From the NCBI GenBank assembly GCA_016649525.1, contig JAENXM010000001.1, positions 1 through 41,263 on the forward strand: a stretch of 41,263 nucleotides of DNA. The letters run 5' to 3'. The notes under the pieces were generated by a model, which was given only the letters and a program-made list of their open reading frames with translations, was not told the DNA's origin and made no database searches. Positions within the stretch are counted from its first letter, which is position 1, and each line of letters begins with the position of its first letter. Of this stretch, positions 38,455 through 41,263 are shown piece after piece. Position numbers and translations under genes: made by a program. Origin of the DNA: Actinomycetota bacterium. Lineage in GTDB: Bacteria; Actinomycetota; Geothermincolia; Fen-727; Anoxymicrobiaceae.

Positions 38455-39348
38455 ATGAAGAGGTTCCAGGGGATATTCACGGTCATGCTCACCGCCTACG
38501 ACAGCGAGGGGAAGATCGACCGAGAGGCCATGAAGGATTTGACCGAGTACCAGGTCGGCTCGGGGGTCCACGGCCTGGTCGTGCTGGGCAGCAACGGTGA
38601 ATGCCCCTATCTGACACACGATCTTCAGAGAGACGCAATCGACGTCGTCGTCGAATCGTGTTCCGGAAGGGTCCCGGTGATCGTGGGGATAAACGAGAGG
38701 GGGACGGAACAGGCTGTGGAAATGGCGAAATGCGCGGAAGGCGCGGGCGCAGACGGACTGCTGGTAGCGCTTCCTCTCTTCTACCCGCTCGAGGAGGATT
38801 CCGTCTATGAGCACTACGAGACGATATCCCGGGCGGTGAGACTCCCGGTCCTTTTCTATAACTGGCCTGCGAACACGCAGCTCAAGCTGTCGCCTGCGTC
38901 CATCGCCCGCCTGTCGGAGATCGAGAACATCGTGGGGGCAAAGGAGACCATATTCGACGTCGAGGAGGTAAGGGCGCTGGTTGACGCGGCGGATGAGGAT
39001 TTCTGCGTCTTTACCGGTATGACTCTCAATCTTGTCGCGACGATGGAGGCAGGGGCCTGCGGCGCGATCTGCCCGCTGCCCAACGTGATCCCTGAGACCA
39101 CGGTCGCGCTGTATGAGGCGATTGTCGCCGGTGACTCCGAGAAGGCCGCGAGCATCCAGAACGAGGTCTACGCGTGCGCGCCGCTTCTCGCCTCTTCGGC
39201 GGCGCCCCACGCCATGATGAAGGAAGCAGTACGTCTCCTCGGGCACCCTTTCAACGCGGCGGTAAAGGGCCCGCTGCCCCCGCTGAGTCCCGAGCAGGCG
39301 GACACGGTGAGAGAGACGCTCAAGGGAGCGGGGCTGATTTCCGGTTAG
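38455..39348 (+). CDS. dihydrodipicolinate synthase / N-acetylneuraminate lyase family aldolase
   Basis: GLVVLGSNGECPYL, FYNWP and the Schiff-base region IVGAKET. ATG at 38455 after GGGAGG. Confidence 0.75.
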   Translation: MKRFQGIFTVMLTAYDSEGKIDREAMKDLTEYQVGSGVHGLVVLGSNGECPYLTHDLQRDAIDVVVESCSGRVPVIVGINERGTEQAVEMAKCAEGAGADGLLVALPLFYPLEEDSVYEHYETISRAVRLPVLFYNWPANTQLKLSPASIARLSEIENIVGAKETIFDVEEVRALVDAADEDFCVFTGMTLNLVATMEAGACGAICPLPNVIPETTVALYEAIVAGDSEKAASIQNEVYACAPLLASSAAPHAMMKEAVRLLGHPFNAAVKGPLPPLSPEQADTVRETLKGAGLISG

Positions 39349-39364
39349 CTCGAGAGGAGATTAT

Positions 39365-40039
39365 TTGAAGCTGATTGCGCACCGGGGAGGGCGGGGCTTC
39401 GGCACCGACAACACGCTGGAGGCGATGGAGAGGGCTGCGGCCTCCGGGGTCCGCATGATAGAGACGGATGTAAGGAGGACGCAGGACGGAGAGCTGGTCG
39501 TCTGCCACGACGGCACGATCTGGGGCCGCATCGTCAGCAGGACTGACTACGAGGAGCTCAAAAGGCTGGACCCGGACAGGCCCCTGCTCTCGGAGGTCCT
39601 GGAGAGGCTCGCGGGCTGGGTCACCTTCAACATCGAGGTCAAGGAAGCGCCCGTGCGGGAGGTCGGAGAGATGCTCGAGGCCTACAATATCGAGCACGAA
39701 ACGCTCGTGACCTCGTTCAACAGGACTTTCCTTGACGAACTGAAGAGCATATTCCCGAAGGCAAGGGCCGGTTATCTCTACAGGATGTCCTACCGCCATG
39801 AAAGGAAGCTGCAGAATGCGGTCGAGGCCGGGGCGGAGATCGTGCTGCCGCACTTCAACAGCATAGACAAGGAACTGGTGGAGCAGGCTCACGACCTCGG
39901 GCTCGAGGTGTACGCATGGACCGTTAACAACGAGCATGACCTGGTCCGGCTCACCGACTGGGGCGTGGACGGGGTCGTGACGGACCGCTATCTCGAGTTC
40001 AAGGAGTTCATGGAGGGGGTACGGCTCGCGTTCCAGTGA
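39365..40039 (+). CDS. glycerophosphodiester phosphodiesterase family protein
   Basis: IAHRGG, DNTLEAM, IETDV and AWTVN motifs. TTG start 16 nt after the preceding stop. Confidence 0.8.
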   Translation: MKLIAHRGGRGFGTDNTLEAMERAAASGVRMIETDVRRTQDGELVVCHDGTIWGRIVSRTDYEELKRLDPDRPLLSEVLERLAGWVTFNIEVKEAPVREVGEMLEAYNIEHETLVTSFNRTFLDELKSIFPKARAGYLYRMSYRHERKLQNAVEAGAEIVLPHFNSIDKELVEQAHDLGLEVYAWTVNNEHDLVRLTDWGVDGVVTDRYLEFKEFMEGVRLAFQ

Positions 40040-40041
40040 CG

Positions 40042-41025
40042 CTACTCGTAGCCGTCGGGATGCTCGCGGTGCCACTTCCAGGCGGTCTCTACTATCCCGT
40101 CGAGGTCCCTGAACACAGGCTCCCAGCCGAGCTCTTCCCTTGTCCTGTCCGACGAGGCGACTAGCGACGGCGGGTCTCCCGCGCGGCGTCCGGACTCGAC
40201 GACCTCGAAGTCCGCAGCGGTAACGCGCCTTACTGATTCGATCACTTCTCGCACGGAGAACCCGTTGCCGTTCCCCAGGTTGTAGACACGGCTTTCACCG
40301 CCGCCCTCGAGGTGCTCGAGCGCCAGCATGTGCGCGCGGCAGAGGTCGAGGATATGGATGTAATCGCGTACACAGGTGCCGTCGGGAGTCGGGTAGTCAG
40401 TGCCGTAAACGGTGGCTTCAGGCTCTTTTCCGAGGGCCGCGGCTATGACTCTAGGGATGAGGTGCGTCTCGGGATCATGGTCCTCGCCCAGCCCGTTCTG
40501 GAGGTCGGCCCCGGCTGCGTTGAAGTAGCGGAGCGACGCGTACCTCACGGCGTTTATCTTTGAGAGCTCCGCGAGTATCCTTTCGAACATCAGTTTGGAT
40601 AACCCGTAGGGGTTTATCGGCTCGGTGGGCGAGTCCTCGACGATGGGTACGCTCGCGGGCACTCCATAGGTCGCGGCGGTCGATGAGAAGACGAGCCGGT
40701 AACAGCCGACCTCGACCATCGCGCTGAGCAGGTTGAGCCCGCCGCCCACGTTGTTCCTGAAGTACTTGAGAGGGTTCAGCATCGACTCGCCTACCAGGCT
40801 GTGCGCCGCGAAGTGGAGACAGGCATCGGGCTTGAACCGCCGGCACGCGTCGCGCACGGAGGCGAGGTCCTCCAGGCTGACAACCTGCAGGTCCGCTCCT
40901 TCGACCGCTTCCCGGTGCCCGCACGAGAGGTCGTCCAGGACGAGGACGGTGTGGCCCCCGTCTATGAGCATAGAAACCATGACCGATCCAATATACCCGG
41001 CTCCCCCAGTAACGAGAGTCCTCAT
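40042..41025 (-). CDS. galE: UDP-glucose 4-epimerase
   Basis: VTGGAGYIGS, SSTAATYG, YGLSK and YFNAAGA motifs. AGGAGG precedes the ATG. Confidence 0.9.
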   Translation of the reverse strand: MRTLVTGGAGYIGSVMVSMLIDGGHTVLVLDDLSCGHREAVEGADLQVVSLEDLASVRDACRRFKPDACLHFAAHSLVGESMLNPLKYFRNNVGGGLNLLSAMVEVGCYRLVFSSTAATYGVPASVPIVEDSPTEPINPYGLSKLMFERILAELSKINAVRYASLRYFNAAGADLQNGLGEDHDPETHLIPRVIAAALGKEPEATVYGTDYPTPDGTCVRDYIHILDLCRAHMLALEHLEGGGESRVYNLGNGNGFSVREVIESVRRVTAADFEVVESGRRAGDPPSLVASSDRTREELGWEPVFRDLDGIVETAWKWHREHPDGYE

Positions 41026-41037
41026 CCGGCCTGCCTC

Positions 41038-41263
41038 CTAGAGCTTGCGCGCGCCCTCTCCGGGAGAGGACACGATGAACTCGGCATCATAGTGGGTCGC
41101 CTGCCAGTAAAGCCCCGGGACACGCCTCAGGTAGCGATCCAGTGCCTTTTCCTGGATGAGAGCTATCACGCATCCGCCGAATCCGGCGCCCGTCATCCGG
41201 CATCCCCAGACGCCGAGCTGGTTGAGCGAGATGTCCTGGAGCGCGTCGAGCTCCGGACATGAC
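41038..41263 (-). CDS. galK: galactokinase, C-terminal fragment (gene continues beyond the window)
   Basis: My own translation of the minus strand gives ...GVWGCRMTGAGFGGCVIALIQEKALDRYLRRVPGLYWQATHYDAEFIVSSPGEGARKL*, which contains GHMP kinase motif 3. The stop is at 41038-41040. This ORF is not in the supplied track because it is open-ended. Confidence 0.75.
   Translation of the reverse strand, partial: SCPELDALQDISLNQLGVWGCRMTGAGFGGCVIALIQEKALDRYLRRVPGLYWQATHYDAEFIVSSPGEGARKL

Overview
This is a G+C-rich chromosomal segment, almost entirely coding and mostly housekeeping. No integrase, transposase, CRISPR array or recognisable defence gene is visible. The gene order is GT2 (wbbL position), manC, pmm, SIS isomerase, ahcY, comF, hpf, secA, then prfB, ftsE, ftsX, smpB, ssrA, then murI, MBL hydrolase, rph, rdgB. 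From memory of the M. tuberculosis H37Rv map, this matches the conserved actinobacterial backbone, so I read the source as an Actinomycetota-like genome; an orphan flgM suggests a deep-branching one.

Contents from left to right:
- 1-863: a zinc-ribbon protein and RNase HI.
- 891-10949: a ten-gene, translationally coupled glycan operon. It encodes Ugd, three GT2 enzymes, a small ArnE/F-like membrane protein and a complete fructose-6-P to GDP-D-rhamnose route.
- 11062-13410: ahcY and mtnA.
- 13518-15938: comFC, flgM, a 423-nt coding-free gap, csp and hpf.
- 16032-19152: two tandem membrane HD-domain proteins.
- 19100-27574: secA, prfB (with the classic +1 frameshift), a PHP phosphatase, ftsEX, an S41 protease, smpB and tmRNA.
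- 27974-33361: an accessory metabolic block.
- 33541-36522: murI, MBL hydrolase, rph and rdgB.
- 36605-41263: an LMW phosphatase with a lipid kinase, a DapA-like protein with GDPD, and galE-galK.

Four non-coding signals are the most interesting:
1. A roughly 210-nt multi-helix RNA candidate sits in the comFC...hpf interval, the position typical of the raiA motif.
2. A palindromic element occurs at two loci 21.6 kb apart that share an exact 24-nt match.
3. The tmRNA 3' module is present as a second, decayed direct copy 197 bp downstream.
4. A perfect inverted copy of the tmRNA T-arm lies in the tmRNA trailer.

All functional calls come from reading motifs in the translations by eye. No database search was run.
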